A stretch of 64,000 nt of DNA. It comes from Promethearchaeota archaeon. GTDB taxonomy: Archaea > Asgardarchaeota > Heimdallarchaeia > Hodarchaeales > Hodarchaeaceae. Under the pieces are notes generated by a model. It searched no databases and was not told the origin of the DNA. It saw nothing but the letters and a program-made list of their open reading frames with translations. The DNA lies in contig JBHLMN010000009.1 in assembly GCA_048938105.1 (NCBI GenBank), positions 128,001 to 192,000 on the forward strand, written 5' to 3'. Below are positions 1 to 9,255 of the stretch, piece by piece; position 1 is the stretch's first letter; every line of letters starts with the position of its first letter. The translations under genes and the position numbers were made by a program.

Positions 1-174
1 CATGAATAGTAATATCTTACTCATTGCCATATTAAAAAGTACAAACCTCCTTATTTTCTATAAAAACGTTGTGGTTGAGGAAAATTATAAAAATACTCTC
101 ATGTAGCTAACCTAAGGTTGGAAATTCAACTGAATTTTCCAAAAATATTCTTACCTACAAGTGAGAGAAAAATA

Positions 175-2208
175 ATGAGAAAGAAAAAGCTTGTATACTC
201 TGTACTCCTGATACTAGCATTTAGTATTTCTAGTGTGGGATTTATAACAACAGTAAATGCAAGTCCCAGGCATACAGAGTATAAAACAATGGATATAGAC
301 CCAAAACTCAGGGAAATCGAACTTCCCGCAGATATAGAGATTCCTGAGGGGTTATTATCCTCAGAAGGCCAAGAATATGGAGAAGATGGCCAATCAGATT
401 ACTATGTGCCTGGTACTATCCTAGAATGGGCTACATATGATATCATGGATCCCTATCAATTCTATAGCATATATTTCACAGATTTTGAATTACGGGCCAT
501 TGGTACTTACGCTGAAGTGTGGGTTCAAGTTGATCTGAGCTATCCTGATGGCACAGCAGATGTTGTCACAGATGAACAGGTGAACTACATTCTCAATGAG
601 GTCGATAACAACATTTATCCAAACGACACGAATTTTTTCGGGACACCTTATTTTCATAATGGGTCCTTTGACTGGTACGGAGGTTTACATTACGAAGAAT
701 CTGGCCGAAGTGTGATCCTCATCTCCAATGTAAGAGATACCCAATACTATGATCCAAGTTATCCATATTTCGTTATTGGCTTCTACTGGAGGAATTTCGA
801 AATCTTATTTGACCGAAACATTATTACACTAGATAGTCTCGCATGGGATGTATTAACTGGTGATCCCCAATACGCATACGAAGCCACGACTGCCCATGAA
901 TACCAGCACCTGATCCACGACGATTATAACCCTAATGATGCTACTTTCATGAACGAAGGCTGCTCAGTGTTTGCGGAGATGCTTTGTGGGTATGGAACGC
1001 CATGGAATGACATTAACAGTTACTTAGCCACACCAGACAACTCTTTGACTGTGTGGGAAGATCAACCTTACAACGACTTAGCGGATTATGGCGCAGTAGG
1101 TCTGTGGGCAATATACCTTACTGACCGATTCGGGGATGACTTTCTAAGCGGATTTGTGAAAGCAGGAATCCCTGGAATTGAAGGTCTTAATGATGCTCTT
1201 GCGCCCTTAACATTTGATGAAGTCTATCACGACTGGCGAATTGCGAACTTAATCCACTCGGACTGGCCAGGCTGCGGCAAGTACAACTATAAATCAATCG
1301 ATCTAGCAGAAGCAGACCCAGTTAGAACGTATGAAATTTCAGGACTACCAGTTGGAATAACTTACGGTACTGACTTTGGAAATACGATAACAATTTTAGG
1401 GTATGACACGGGAATTTCAAAATTAGCTCCATATGGATCAGATTATATTGTTTTCACAGATTGGCAAAGGAAAAAGTGGAGAAATAAATTCCTTTATTTC
1501 GATGGTGATGATATTGCTGTTCATGGCTGGACCGAAGTAGCTGATGATCTCTGGTATTCTGGTGCTTCCGACCTCTTTAACACACTTCTATATGGGGAAG
1601 TTACTGTAGATTCCGCTGATCCAACTCTGAAATTTACATCCTATTGGGATATTGAAGACTATTGGGATTTCGGGTTTGTTCAAGTATCGACTGATGGAGG
1701 GTCCACCTGGACATCATTGGAAAATGAATACACTACTGATTCCCACTATGAGGAGGCTCTCCCAGATATTATTGCCAATCTCCCAGGACTCACAGGTTGG
1801 AGTGTTGATTATCTAGATCTTACATTTGATCTCTCAGCGTACTCAGGACAAACAATCCTCGTTGGGTTCCGCTATATGACCGATTTGTACACTACATTTG
1901 AGGGATGGTATGTATATAATCCAACAGTGAGTGGCACAGCACTCGAACTTACACCAATCTACGATGAATTACATCAGACTGAAGCTGATTTTCAAGTAAC
2001 TCTTATTTATGTCTATGAGTTCAAGAATAAAGTCTATTACTTCGTCAATGACATGTGGTTGAATGATGAAACTGAATTCGGAATTACTTATGTATCATTA
2101 ATTAAACCTCAATATGCCTATCTAATTGTCAGTCCTATCAATGATGCTGGTTATGCAGATTATAGCTTTGCAGTACCCAAGTGGAAAAAGTGTCGATGGG
2201 ATAAATAA
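175..2208 (+). CDS. Secreted zinc metallopeptidase (immune inhibitor A / M6-M30-like) with C-terminal beta-rich domain
   Basis: Signal-peptide-like N-terminus MRKKKLVYSVLLILAFSISS from ATG 175 (track starts at TTG 118). AHEYQHLIH zincin motif followed by FMNEGCS. WDIEDYWDFGFVQVSTDGGSTW segment typical of InhA-like C-terminal domains. Confidence 0.75.
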   Translation: MRKKKLVYSVLLILAFSISSVGFITTVNASPRHTEYKTMDIDPKLREIELPADIEIPEGLLSSEGQEYGEDGQSDYYVPGTILEWATYDIMDPYQFYSIYFTDFELRAIGTYAEVWVQVDLSYPDGTADVVTDEQVNYILNEVDNNIYPNDTNFFGTPYFHNGSFDWYGGLHYEESGRSVILISNVRDTQYYDPSYPYFVIGFYWRNFEILFDRNIITLDSLAWDVLTGDPQYAYEATTAHEYQHLIHDDYNPNDATFMNEGCSVFAEMLCGYGTPWNDINSYLATPDNSLTVWEDQPYNDLADYGAVGLWAIYLTDRFGDDFLSGFVKAGIPGIEGLNDALAPLTFDEVYHDWRIANLIHSDWPGCGKYNYKSIDLAEADPVRTYEISGLPVGITYGTDFGNTITILGYDTGISKLAPYGSDYIVFTDWQRKKWRNKFLYFDGDDIAVHGWTEVADDLWYSGASDLFNTLLYGEVTVDSADPTLKFTSYWDIEDYWDFGFVQVSTDGGSTWTSLENEYTTDSHYEEALPDIIANLPGLTGWSVDYLDLTFDLSAYSGQTILVGFRYMTDLYTTFEGWYVYNPTVSGTALELTPIYDELHQTEADFQVTLIYVYEFKNKVYYFVNDMWLNDETEFGITYVSLIKPQYAYLIVSPINDAGYADYSFAVPKWKKCRWDK

Positions 2209-2235
2209 TTGAAGAAATAATATTTTCCCTCATAT

Positions 2236-2260
2236 CCCCCCCTTTTTTTTATTTTTACTT
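2236..2260 (+). terminator. Pyrimidine/oligo-T tract, probable archaeal terminator
   Basis: CCCCCCCTTTTTTTTATTTTT about 30 nt after the peptidase stop. Confidence 0.5.
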
Positions 2261-2371
2261 CTTGATATTTATTACCGATATTTGGATTTGGATGTCTAAG
2301 ATTTAATGGAGGTTGAATGCGAATATTAATAGATAACACTTCATTTTTATGGAAAATATGGTGTAGTTATC

Positions 2372-3145
2372 ATGAGATGCCAAATCGTTTTTAATACTTG
2401 GGAAAGTCGCGCATTCATTGCCAAAGCTATTATTAAACATCCACATGTAGAAAATGCTTTAAAAAATGGAGTGATAGCTTTAGGCCGAGGAATAACCAAC
2501 GCCTATATCCTTCGTGAAATGTTAATTTATACAGATAACACTGATTTTCAGATTGATGTTGATAATTATGTCGCAGGTGTGGTGGATGGTTCTCTATGGG
2601 CAAGTAATTCAAGCACGAGGACTCCTGAAGTGGCACTTTACAAGGGAAAGCCTAAGATTGAACCTATACATAAAACAATTGAAAAAGCAGATCTTATAAT
2701 GAAAGGAGGAAATGCTCTTGGACCCGATTGGATTGCAGGAGTGTTATGTGCACATCCAACAGGTGGAACGATAGGGTCTTTTTATGCCATAGCAATATCA
2801 AGAGGAATTAAGATTATTGTTCCAATCTCAACTGGAAAAATGATTCCTTTCTCTGTAACAGAAATTGTTCCAAACCTTGGAGGACAACAATCCATTGATT
2901 ATGTGAGGGGAATGCCAGTCAGTCTTTTTCCTATTGTCGGTGGTGAAGTTTTTTCTGAAATTGAGGCTTTAGAAATGATAGCAAAGGTCGAAGTTTATCC
3001 AATAGGCGCAGGGGGAGTTTATGATGGCGCTGGTGCTACAATCTTTGAAATTTCTGGCGCAAGTGAAGAGATCAGTAAAATTATCGATCTTTATGAAAAA
3101 ATTAAGAATACAAAACCTTTGAATGTTGACCTTCAACCACACTAA
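2372..3145 (+). CDS. Conserved hypothetical alpha/beta protein (possibly NagB/RpiA/CoA-transferase-like fold)
   Basis: 257-aa ORF with Gly-rich motifs GRGITNAY, KGGNA, GGTIG, GAGGV; fold guess is tentative. Confidence 0.55.
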   Translation: MRCQIVFNTWESRAFIAKAIIKHPHVENALKNGVIALGRGITNAYILREMLIYTDNTDFQIDVDNYVAGVVDGSLWASNSSTRTPEVALYKGKPKIEPIHKTIEKADLIMKGGNALGPDWIAGVLCAHPTGGTIGSFYAIAISRGIKIIVPISTGKMIPFSVTEIVPNLGGQQSIDYVRGMPVSLFPIVGGEVFSEIEALEMIAKVEVYPIGAGGVYDGAGATIFEISGASEEISKIIDLYEKIKNTKPLNVDLQPH

Positions 3146-3172
3146 ACAGCTTCAGTGAGGCGTTGGCTCGAA

Positions 3173-4468
3173 TTAATCAATTTCCCCCAATGTCTTTTCT
3201 ACCTGATGAAGAATTTCATCAATATCATTAGGTTGGATGATGAGTGGGGGGAGAAACTTGTTAGTAACCTTATAGTTACCACAGTAGTCACACCAGACAC
3301 CATTTTTGATCATCTTCAGTGTGAAATATAATGAGGTGAATTCATCTTGGAATTCAATACCCCACATCAATCCACGTCCTCTGATATCTACAACTTTCTC
3401 AGACGACTTTTGCTGAAGTTCCGTTAATCCTTTCCCAAATTTAATCCCCATATTTTGTACATGCTTTAAGAATCCAGGACGAGTTATAATATCTAACATT
3501 TTCATTGTAACATAACATCCCAATTCAGAACCACCTGTAGTAGAGATGTGTAAGAAAGGATCTTCCTCAAAGACTTCTTCGAATTTGGGTTTATAGCTAG
3601 TGGTTGAAAGTGGGTAAACTCCTGCACTCATCCCTTTGGCAAGTACAATCATATCTGGAACGATTTTCTCGTTAGGGTATAATCCTCCATATATTCCCCA
3701 CATTTTTCCTGTTCGGCCTAAACCGGTCTGAACTTCATCAACAATCATAACAACTCCTAAATCATCGCATAACTCTCTGACTTCCGCAAAATATCCTTCA
3801 GGAGGAATGAGAATGCCACCAGTGGCAGGGATGGTTTCAAATAATACACATGCTGTTTCCTCATCCATTGTTTTCCTAAGGTATTCAATATCTGCAAAAG
3901 GAACTTGTTGAAAATCAGGTAAACTCCAAAGAAATGGATCTTTAAAACTAGAAGCGCATGCACCGAGAGCAAATCCAGTAACTCCATGATAAGCTCTTTT
4001 GGCCGAGACTATTTTCTTTCTGTTGGTGAAAGCTCGGGAAAGTTTAATAGCTAAATCAATTGCTTCCCCTCCAGCTGCAGAAAACATTGTCTTACAAATA
4101 TTACCTGGAAGAAGATCAGCTAACTGTTTAGCTAATAATGCCCGTTGTTCACTTAGAATGTGATGATCTCCAATATCAAGGCCAGCATCTAAACCCTCTC
4201 TGAGTGCCTGATTGATTTCAGGATGATGGTGCCCTAAATTAAATACTCCTCCACTTGTATGACAATCAATTAATTCTAAAGGAGGTTCTCCATCCGCAGT
4301 TCCCTCCAGCATCTTTATTTTTACTCCCTTTCTTTCTCCTTGGATCACACCTAATCCAAGACTTTCAAAAAAGCCTACCTTATATTTTGAGACATAGTCG
4401 GAATATAATTTCACTAGTTCTTTTTGCCTAGCAGTACCAATGATTTTTTTTATTGTTGACATAATCAA
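3173..4468 (-). CDS. Class III PLP aminotransferase (acetylornithine/putrescine aminotransferase-like)
   Basis: GVFNLGHHHP, AYHG, DEVQTGLGRTG, LAKG (PLP lysine), RGRGLMWG. Confidence 0.9.
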   Translation of the reverse strand: MIMSTIKKIIGTARQKELVKLYSDYVSKYKVGFFESLGLGVIQGERKGVKIKMLEGTADGEPPLELIDCHTSGGVFNLGHHHPEINQALREGLDAGLDIGDHHILSEQRALLAKQLADLLPGNICKTMFSAAGGEAIDLAIKLSRAFTNRKKIVSAKRAYHGVTGFALGACASSFKDPFLWSLPDFQQVPFADIEYLRKTMDEETACVLFETIPATGGILIPPEGYFAEVRELCDDLGVVMIVDEVQTGLGRTGKMWGIYGGLYPNEKIVPDMIVLAKGMSAGVYPLSTTSYKPKFEEVFEEDPFLHISTTGGSELGCYVTMKMLDIITRPGFLKHVQNMGIKFGKGLTELQQKSSEKVVDIRGRGLMWGIEFQDEFTSLYFTLKMIKNGVWCDYCGNYKVTNKFLPPLIIQPNDIDEILHQVEKTLGEID

Positions 4469-4590
4469 AACCGTTTTTCTATCCTTGAGGTTTGCCTTTT
4501 GGGAATACGATGAGTAATAAGAAGCCTTTTGATTTGTCTTTCATTTTTATATCAGATAAAATATTATATTTAGTATTGTAGAAAATCTTT

Positions 4591-4600
4591 TTTATATAAA
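4591..4600 (+). promoter_or_regulatory. TATA box (TTTATATAAA) upstream of the GYD pseudogene
   Basis: Purine-rich GAAAA then TTTATATAAA ending 17 nt before ATG 4618. The box is palindromic and could also serve the aminotransferase. Confidence 0.45.
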
Positions 4601-4617
4601 CAAGTAATACTCAATCT

Positions 4618-4863
4618 ATGCCTCTCTACATACTAGCTACTCGAATTGATTTTGATCAGAATGACTTAACAAAAAGGAAGGAATAGGGTAAAAAATGGCG
4701 AGAATTGGTCAAAGAAAAAGTTCTAGACATTAAGTGGATTGCACATTATACCATCTTAGGTCTATATGATTTTTTGGAAATTTTTGAGGCAAAAACAGAA
4801 ACAGCAAAGGTGTCTTTACTCTCACGAGCTGCAGGTAAAAGATGGTTGCTATTCTCTCCATAG
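4618..4863 (+). pseudogene. Degenerate duplicate of the GYD-domain gene (not in ORF track)
   Basis: Reads MPLYILATRIDFDQNDLTKRKE*GKKWRELVKEKVLDIKWIAHYTILGLYDFLEIFEAKTETAKVSLLSRAAG, colinear with 5473..5769. TAG at 4684-4686 replaces Gln, there is a 2-codon deletion, and homology is lost after about 4836. Confidence 0.9.
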
Positions 4864-5322
4864 AAAAAACATGAAAAGAGTAGACAACACACCACCAATT
4901 ATACCTCCCCAGAAAGCTCCCCCATACCAAAATTCCAGATCTTCAAGAATCATTTCAATGGCAACAATGAATCCACCCACAAGGCAAATTATTACTGTTA
5001 TCAAAGATAAAATGACTCCAATAAGGTAGAATTGATTTCTTGGAGGATTTTCTTGGTAAAGAAGTCCTAATAGAGAAATAATAGAGCAATAGAACAATCC
5101 TCCTGCTGCGAGAAAAAATAGAGGTAAAATAAAAATGGAATCAGGGAAGTTCTCTAAAGCTGATGGAAATCCAACCCAACCCCATCCGTACCCCATCCCC
5201 TAGACATACCAATACCAGCCAGCAAAATCATCAATTAGCACGAAAATCCCTCCTAATAGACTACAAATCAATCCCCCACCATATAGAATATTCTTATTTT
5301 CTAGTAATTTATTAAGGCTCAT
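4849..5322 (-). pseudogene. Four-TM membrane protein interrupted by an in-frame TAG
   Basis: From ATG 5322 the frame reads MSLNKLLENKNILYGGGLICSLLGGIFVLIDDFAGWYWYV*GMGYGWGWVGF. TAG is at 5202-5200; the track ORF 4849..5196 is only the downstream part. Confidence 0.7.
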
Positions 5323-5472
5323 ACTCTTTCTTATGTATATTATTCTTTAAAATTTTTCGAATCTCTCATTATCAATAATACAAAAACTTATTTTTCATCA
5401 TAAAAAGAGGAAAAATCGATCTAATTTCACTAAGGAGAAAACCTTTTTACAGATCTAAAAGAGGTTTAAATT

Positions 5473-5769
5473 ATGCCTAAATACATACTTGTCACAAAAT
5501 TTGATTTTGATGAAGATGATTTAGTAAAACGAAAGGAACAGGGGAAGAAATGGCTTGAAATGGTAAAGGAAAAAGTTCCAAGTATTAAATGGATCTCACA
5601 TTATGCCATTCTAGGCCCTTATGATTTCCTAGACATATTTGAAGCAAAAGATGAAACTGAAGCTGCGAAAGTTTCTTTACTTTCCCGTGCAGCAGGGGCA
5701 TCTTTTGCTGAAAGCTGGACAGCCATTCCATACTCTGAATTCCTTGACTTGCTTGAGGATTTGAAATAA
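5473..5769 (+). CDS. GYD-domain protein
   Basis: 98 aa with Y-x-x-LGPYD motif; GAGGT SD-like sequence upstream. Confidence 0.85.
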   Translation: MPKYILVTKFDFDEDDLVKRKEQGKKWLEMVKEKVPSIKWISHYAILGPYDFLDIFEAKDETEAAKVSLLSRAAGASFAESWTAIPYSEFLDLLEDLK

Positions 5770-5931
5770 ATTATCTTTCTTGTCTCTTTAGATTTGGTTA
5801 TAAACAAATCAAATATTATGCATTTAAGAGTCCAGTGAAGGATTAATCCAATAAACTTTCTTATAAAGAATTTTTTCTAATTTCTGAAATCCAAACTGAA
5901 TATTCATTGATTCTTATTATTGGGTTGAAAA

Positions 5932-6258
5932 GTGACAGAAATTCCAAAATGGGTTACAGAGTGGATAAATAAAGACAGATTAGTTCGAAATAAATATAAA
6001 TTGAGCCGAAAGTATATTCAACATTCCAAACGTATTCAATTTGTTGAAGGTAAGAAAAGAGAGAATGGAGAATGGATATCTTTTCACTTCGTTGTCAATT
6101 CTCCTAAATTTGGAAAATATAATGTTACTTTTAATGATGGTGAATATCATTGCAATTGCCCTTTTTTTAAACATCGGCTTATATGTAGTCATATTTTTGG
6201 AATATGTCAAAAAACGGCCCTTTGGCCAAAAAAAACGACAGTATTTTCAAATGAATAA
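5932..6258 (+). CDS. SWIM zinc-finger protein
   Basis: YNVTFNDGEYHCNCPFFKHRLICSH matches CxC-xn-CxH. Confidence 0.8.
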   Translation: MTEIPKWVTEWINKDRLVRNKYKLSRKYIQHSKRIQFVEGKKRENGEWISFHFVVNSPKFGKYNVTFNDGEYHCNCPFFKHRLICSHIFGICQKTALWPKKTTVFSNE

Positions 6259-6291
6259 AATTTCTGTCATCAAATATAAAGTGAAATTAGC

Positions 6292-7035
6292 TTGAAAATG
6301 AATGATTATCAATTAGCAGTGGAATGGATTTTAGAATCTAAATATACTGTTCTTTTTACTGGAGCAGGAGTTTCTGTTGAAAGTGGAATTCCGCCATTTC
6401 GGGGGGAAAATGGATTATGGAGTAAATATGATCCAACCTTTTTAATGACAAACTATTTTAAGAAACATCCAAAGGAATCTTGGAAATTAATAAACGAGAT
6501 ATTTTATAAATTTTTTAGTCGAGCAAAGCCTAATCAGGCACATTATATTATTACAGAGTTAGAAAAAAAAGGGTTAATTGATATAATAATTACTCAAAAT
6601 ATTGATAATCTTCATCAAAAAGCAGGAAGTAAGAATGTTATTGAATTTCATGGGACTTCAAGGACATTAACATGTATAAATTGTAAAAGACGTTTTGATA
6701 ATGATAAATTTTTAAATAAGTTACCACCACATTGCCCCAAATGTAATGGTCTATTAAAACCCGATTTCGTATTTTTTAATGAACCAATTCCATTGCAAGT
6801 TCACGAACTTTCAAATAAATGTGCTTTAATGTCCGATTTGTTTATATTAGTTGGGACTACTGGAGAAATAATGCCTGCTTCTTTAATTCCATATTTTGCA
6901 AGAGAAAAAGGAGCAAGAATTATTGAAATTAATATTATTCCTACTAAATATACTGATAGAATAGTAGATGTTTTTTTAGAAGGAAAAGCAACAGAAGTAT
7001 TCCTGAAATTAAAAGAATCTTTAGATGTTATTTAA
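6292..7035 (+). CDS. cobB: Sir2-family NAD-dependent protein deacylase
   Basis: TGAGVSVESGIPPFRG, TQNIDNLH, FHG, two CxxC, VGTTG. Confidence 0.93.
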   Translation: MKMNDYQLAVEWILESKYTVLFTGAGVSVESGIPPFRGENGLWSKYDPTFLMTNYFKKHPKESWKLINEIFYKFFSRAKPNQAHYIITELEKKGLIDIIITQNIDNLHQKAGSKNVIEFHGTSRTLTCINCKRRFDNDKFLNKLPPHCPKCNGLLKPDFVFFNEPIPLQVHELSNKCALMSDLFILVGTTGEIMPASLIPYFAREKGARIIEINIIPTKYTDRIVDVFLEGKATEVFLKLKESLDVI

Positions 7036-7097
7036 GAAATTAGAAACTCTAATAAGATTTAGATTAATAGACTTCAATGGTCGAATCTCTTCATAGC

Positions 7098-8015
7098 TCA
7101 TTTTGTTGTGTAAAGAAGCCCGAAAAGTATTCCTCCTCCTATACTAGTGAGGATTACAGTTTTCCACAGAAGAAGAGCTGCATCACGATTTTTTCTCCTT
7201 GCTAAATTACAAGCTAATACTAGTTCTATAGCTCCTAGTAAAAAAGGAATGAAATTCGGTATAAGGATACCCTCATTCATTAGTATCAGATTAACTATAG
7301 CAAATCCAACCACTCTAACACATATAATCGTAGAAGTGAGATAAGAAGCTTTATTCCACCCCAAAAGGACGGCTGTGGTCATTTCACCATTTTCTTGGTC
7401 TACTTCTAGATCTGTTAAAATGGTAGGTAAATGTATTCCTGTCACAAGTAGGATACAAAGAACAACGCCGTAGAATAATAACTGAGTGTCGACAATGGTG
7501 TCAAATCCTAATAATCCTATATAGAATGGAATAAAAACGCCAATTATTAGAACTGTGACAATTAAATCAAAATATGGCCTTGCTTTGAATCTCAAGGGAG
7601 GTACTGAATAACTAATAGATCCTCCTGCAGCTAAAAAATATGCCCCAAAAGCAAGCGGAAGTTTAGGAAAAGTTAATGAATTAGGGATAAAAAATATGTT
7701 TAAAGGAATAACTAAGAACCACAATATACCTACCCACAGATAAATTATTTTAGATGAAAGAAGATTTGAGGAAATAAGGGGATTCCGGAGAGAAAAACCA
7801 CGGGGATTTATTGTATCAGAATCTTTGTCAAAAAAACCATTAAGACTGAAATGACCGCAAGTAAATGCATATATGGATAACCAAGCCACTGAAAGCGAAG
7901 TTAAGGGTAATAGATATAAAAGACTTAACATGTAGGCCACACCAGCAAAAATAAACCCCCATTCGGGCCGGGAAAGAGTAAATAACTCCTGAATGATTCG
8001 TAAAGCTTTTTTCAA
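7098..8015 (-). CDS. UbiA-family prenyltransferase
   Basis: Multi-TM; LSRP, NGFFDKDSD..NP, YSVPPLRFK, DLEVD..G..T. Confidence 0.85.
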   Translation of the reverse strand: MKKALRIIQELFTLSRPEWGFIFAGVAYMLSLLYLLPLTSLSVAWLSIYAFTCGHFSLNGFFDKDSDTINPRGFSLRNPLISSNLLSSKIIYLWVGILWFLVIPLNIFFIPNSLTFPKLPLAFGAYFLAAGGSISYSVPPLRFKARPYFDLIVTVLIIGVFIPFYIGLLGFDTIVDTQLLFYGVVLCILLVTGIHLPTILTDLEVDQENGEMTTAVLLGWNKASYLTSTIICVRVVGFAIVNLILMNEGILIPNFIPFLLGAIELVLACNLARRKNRDAALLLWKTVILTSIGGGILFGLLYTTK

Positions 8016-8039
8016 AGATTAATGCACCATAAAGTAGCG

Positions 8040-8546
8040 TTAAAGTTGTTTCATCAATTGAAAACCTGAATCTGTTGTCTGAACTACCTTATAACCAAGT
8101 GTTTCATAAAGGTGTTTTGCTATCTTATTTTGTTTGAAAACATGAAGAACAATTTTGTTTAATCCTATTGCTTCTACTTCAGTTTCTAATAATTTCAAAG
8201 CTTGTTTTGCGAATCCTTTTCTTCTATGTTCTTCAAAAATGATAATATCAGCAATAAGCATAACCTGTTTCATAAATGATTCGGGAGACGGCCAAAACCA
8301 GATGTAACCTACTCTTTCTTTACTTCCCTTTTTTATAATAAAATTAAAAAATCGATCGGGAGTTTTAAATCCTTCGGGAAGTGATCTCATATAAGCAGTT
8401 TCTGCATGTTTCATCGCAGCTTCGTGGTTAAGGTTAAAAAGGTCGGAAAGCTCCTTAGCAACCTCTACTAACCGATGAGAATAGATCTCCTGAAAATCTC
8501 TCTTGGTCATTTTCTCAAAAAAGATCATATCAGATATTCTCTCCAA
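8040..8546 (-). CDS. GNAT-family N-acetyltransferase
   Basis: IFEEHRRKGFAK acetyl-CoA motif; LHVFKQNKIAKHLYETLGY. Confidence 0.9.
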   Translation of the reverse strand: MERISDMIFFEKMTKRDFQEIYSHRLVEVAKELSDLFNLNHEAAMKHAETAYMRSLPEGFKTPDRFFNFIIKKGSKERVGYIWFWPSPESFMKQVMLIADIIIFEEHRRKGFAKQALKLLETEVEAIGLNKIVLHVFKQNKIAKHLYETLGYKVVQTTDSGFQLMKQL

Positions 8547-8804
8547 TTCTTTCCATATGCTTTTTTAATAATATACTTCTTCTAGAATGTAACTAGGATT
8601 ATCATGATAAAGTAATAAAAAATAATTCCTGTTCTTTAAAGGTAAAATGGATTTTTATCTATATTCTACGAGCTAGCAAAACATTAATAAACTTATTTTT
8701 TGTTTCACACCAGTTGTCAACATCTATGATCAATTACCAACTCTACTACTACGTAAAATCGAAGAACCTAGCTAAAAAGGAATTTAAATGGAGGTAAAAC
8801 ATAT

Positions 8805-9251
8805 ATGGCTAAACCTGCTTTAAGATTAAAAGAAACTCCAGACGAATTAATCCTGAATATGGACGAAGAGCTATTTAACTACAAAAAAATGTCAATGCTT
8901 GCTATTGTAGTTGGAGTCTGTTTACTATGCATTTATTTGATAGGACTCATACCTATTGCTATTGGTGTTTATCGCATTAACCAATTAAATAATCGTCCAG
9001 AAGAAGTTGAATATGATATCAGAAGAAGAGCTGAACAAAAATCAGCAAGAAGAGGAAAAAGATTGACGATTATCTATAACCCTGAGGGACAACAGTTTTA
9101 TCGTCGTACACGGCGTCCGCGTCAACCACAGGCTCAATACACCCCTTATACAACACCTCAAGTTGAAACAAAATCCTCTTTCTGTCCTAATTGCGGAGCA
9201 GAGGTAAGTGAAGGTTTCAAGCACTGTATGAGCTGTGGAGCAAGGCTTTAA
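8805..9251 (+). CDS. Membrane-anchored protein with C-terminal zinc ribbon
   Basis: Hydrophobic hairpin around aa 31-56; FCPNCG..HCMSCGARL; GGAGGT SD upstream. Confidence 0.8.
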   Translation: MAKPALRLKETPDELILNMDEELFNYKKMSMLAIVVGVCLLCIYLIGLIPIAIGVYRINQLNNRPEEVEYDIRRRAEQKSARRGKRLTIIYNPEGQQFYRRTRRPRQPQAQYTPYTTPQVETKSSFCPNCGAEVSEGFKHCMSCGARL

Positions 9252-9255
9252 GAAT

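Noticed and set aside
4695-4733. 12-aa basic mini-ORF MARIGQRKSSRH behind a purine-rich stretch
   Set aside because: It is an alternative frame of the GYD pseudogene, which explains the sequence.
4730-5029. Track ORFs 4730..4930 (-) and 4766..5029 (+)
   Set aside because: Shadow frames over the GYD pseudogene and the membrane gene.
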